From an uncultured Candidatus Rokubacteria bacterium (lineage in GTDB: Bacteria > Methylomirabilota > Methylomirabilia > Rokubacteriales > CSP1-6), in the NCBI GenBank assembly GCA_963754315.1, contig CAVWFS010000005.1, positions 64,001-128,000 of the forward strand: a stretch of 64,000 nucleotides of DNA, in the 5' to 3' direction. Numbering within the stretch: position 1 is the stretch's first letter; every line of letters begins with the position of its first letter. Under the pieces are notes generated by a model that ran no database searches, was not told where the DNA came from, and was given only the letters and a program-made list of their open reading frames with translations. This document shows positions 62,282 through 64,000 of this stretch, piece after piece. The translations under genes were made by a program, and so were the position numbers.

Positions 62282-64000
62282 ATGGCACTCAAGGAATACA
62301 AGCCCGGCACCACCTTCCCCGGCCGCATGGGACGAACCATGGGCGAGTCCGAACCCGCCTGGCCTGCTCCGCTGCGGGCGAAGGAGGGCGCGCCCAACGT
62401 GCTCTTCATCGTGCTGGATGACACCGGGTTCGCCCAGCTGGGCTGCTTCGGCTCGCCCATCAACACGCCGCACATCAACCGGCTGGCCGACAACGGTCTC
62501 CGCTACCGCAACATGCACACGACGGCGCTTTGCTCGCCGACCCGCTCCTGCATCCTGACCGGGCGCAACCACCACTCCAACGGAATGGCCTGCATCACCG
62601 AAGGGTCGACGGGGTTCCCCGGCGGCAACGGAGTCATCCCGTTTGCGAATGGCTTCCTGTCAGAAATCCTGCTCACGTACGGCTACAACACCTACTGCCT
62701 CGGCAAGTGGCACCTGACCCCCGCCGAGCAAATCAGCGCCGCCGGGCCCTACGACCGCTGGCCGCTGGGCCGGGGGTTCGAGCGGTACTACGGGTTCCTG
62801 GGCGGCGACACCAGCCAGTATTATCCCGACCTCGTCTACGACAATCACCAGGTCGACCCCGAGAGTACGCCCGAGCAGGGCTATCACCTCACCGAGGACC
62901 TGACGAACAAGGCGATCCAGTTCATCGCCGACGCCAAGCAGCTCGCGCCCGATAAGCCGTTCTTCATGTATTTCGCCACTGGCTCCCAGCACGCCCCCCA
63001 CCAGGTGCCGAAGGAGTGGGCCGACCGGTACCGGGGGAAGTTTGACGAGGGCTGGACTGCCTACCGCGAGAGGGCCCTGGCGAAGCAGAAAGAGCTCGGC
63101 ATCGTTCCGACCAACACCGTGCTCTCACGGCACGACCCGGACGTCCAGGACTGGAGCAAGCTCTCGGCCGACGAGAAGAAGCTCTACGCACGCATGATGG
63201 AGGTCTTCGCCGGCTTCCTCGAGCACACCGACCATCACATCGGCCGTCTGCTGACCTTCCTGCAGAGTATGGGCGAGCTCGACAACACGCTCGTCATGCT
63301 CATCTCCGACAACGGCGCCAGCTCCGAAGGTGGGCCCACCGGCTCCACCAACGAGAGCAAGTTCTTCAACAACGTGCCCGAGGACCTGAAGGCGAATCTC
63401 GCCGCCCTCGACGAGCTCGGAGGGCCCCGATACTTCAATCACTACGCGTGGGGCTGGACGTTTGCCGGCAACACGCCGTTCCGCCGCTGGAAGCGGGAGA
63501 CGTACCGCGGCGGGGTATCCGACCCCTTCATCGTCCACTGGCCCCGCGGCATCAAGGCCCGGGGCGAGGTCCGGCCGCAGTACGCGCACGCCATCGACAT
63601 GGTGCCGACCGTCCTCGACGCGCTCGGGCTCGAGCCGCCCACCCAGATCCGGGGAGCAACCCAGGCGCCCATCGAAGGCGTGAGCTTCCGCCACACCTTC
63701 GACGACGCGAAGGCCGAGGGCCACCACAAGACCCAGTACTTCGAGATGTTCGCCCACCGGGCGATCTACCACGACGGCTGGCGTGCGGTCTGCCCGTTCC
63801 CCGGCACGTCCTTCGCCGAGGCCAAGGTATTCTTCGGCCAGCTCCCCTTGACCGAGGAGAAGCTCCGCGAGCTCGACGCCAAGAGCTGGGAGCTCTACAA
63901 CGTGGCCGAGGACTTTGCCGAGACCAAGAACCTGGCCGGCGAGCAACGCGACAAGCTCATCGAGATGATCGCGCTCTGGTACGCCGAGGCCGGCAAGTAC
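62282..64000 (+). CDS. Arylsulfatase, 3'-partial (runs off window)
   Basis: PNVLFIVLDD, CSPTR formylglycine motif, GKWHL, HAPH, SDNGAS, WELY. Confidence 0.93.
   Translation, partial: MALKEYKPGTTFPGRMGRTMGESEPAWPAPLRAKEGAPNVLFIVLDDTGFAQLGCFGSPINTPHINRLADNGLRYRNMHTTALCSPTRSCILTGRNHHSNGMACITEGSTGFPGGNGVIPFANGFLSEILLTYGYNTYCLGKWHLTPAEQISAAGPYDRWPLGRGFERYYGFLGGDTSQYYPDLVYDNHQVDPESTPEQGYHLTEDLTNKAIQFIADAKQLAPDKPFFMYFATGSQHAPHQVPKEWADRYRGKFDEGWTAYRERALAKQKELGIVPTNTVLSRHDPDVQDWSKLSADEKKLYARMMEVFAGFLEHTDHHIGRLLTFLQSMGELDNTLVMLISDNGASSEGGPTGSTNESKFFNNVPEDLKANLAALDELGGPRYFNHYAWGWTFAGNTPFRRWKRETYRGGVSDPFIVHWPRGIKARGEVRPQYAHAIDMVPTVLDALGLEPPTQIRGATQAPIEGVSFRHTFDDAKAEGHHKTQYFEMFAHRAIYHDGWRAVCPFPGTSFAEAKVFFGQLPLTEEKLRELDAKSWELYNVAEDFAETKNLAGEQRDKLIEMIALWYAEAGKY

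Overview
High-GC bacterial chromosomal window. Its gene content and style (many DZR-cyclase/wHTH/BTAD STAND-TPR regulators, LLM enzymes, CoA transferase, small TA pairs) resemble Ca. Rokubacteria/Methylomirabilota; this taxonomy is inference only. Bases 1-~5170 are the right end of an integrated element: a frameshifted Mu gpT-like major capsid gene, a few small cargo genes, a divergent promoter switch with an XRE HTH gene, and an intact tyrosine integrase. No tail or lysis genes lie between capsid and integrase. The rest is accessory/metabolic DNA. It holds three toxin-antitoxin pairs (one flanked by a 70-bp direct repeat), a sigma54 two-component operon with a receiver-cyclase chimera, and a PQQ quinohemoprotein. 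It also holds a large secreted pectate-lyase-fold + 9x CARDB protein that appears catalytically dead, several STAND/TPR regulators, a peptide-type ABC transporter without ATPases, a nuclease-like/cyclase fusion, and a catabolic cluster ending in a partial arylsulfatase. Many genes in 1-41 kb carry single-base frameshifts that look like long-read consensus errors, and some genes are truly truncated. All calls come from reading motifs by eye; no database search was run.
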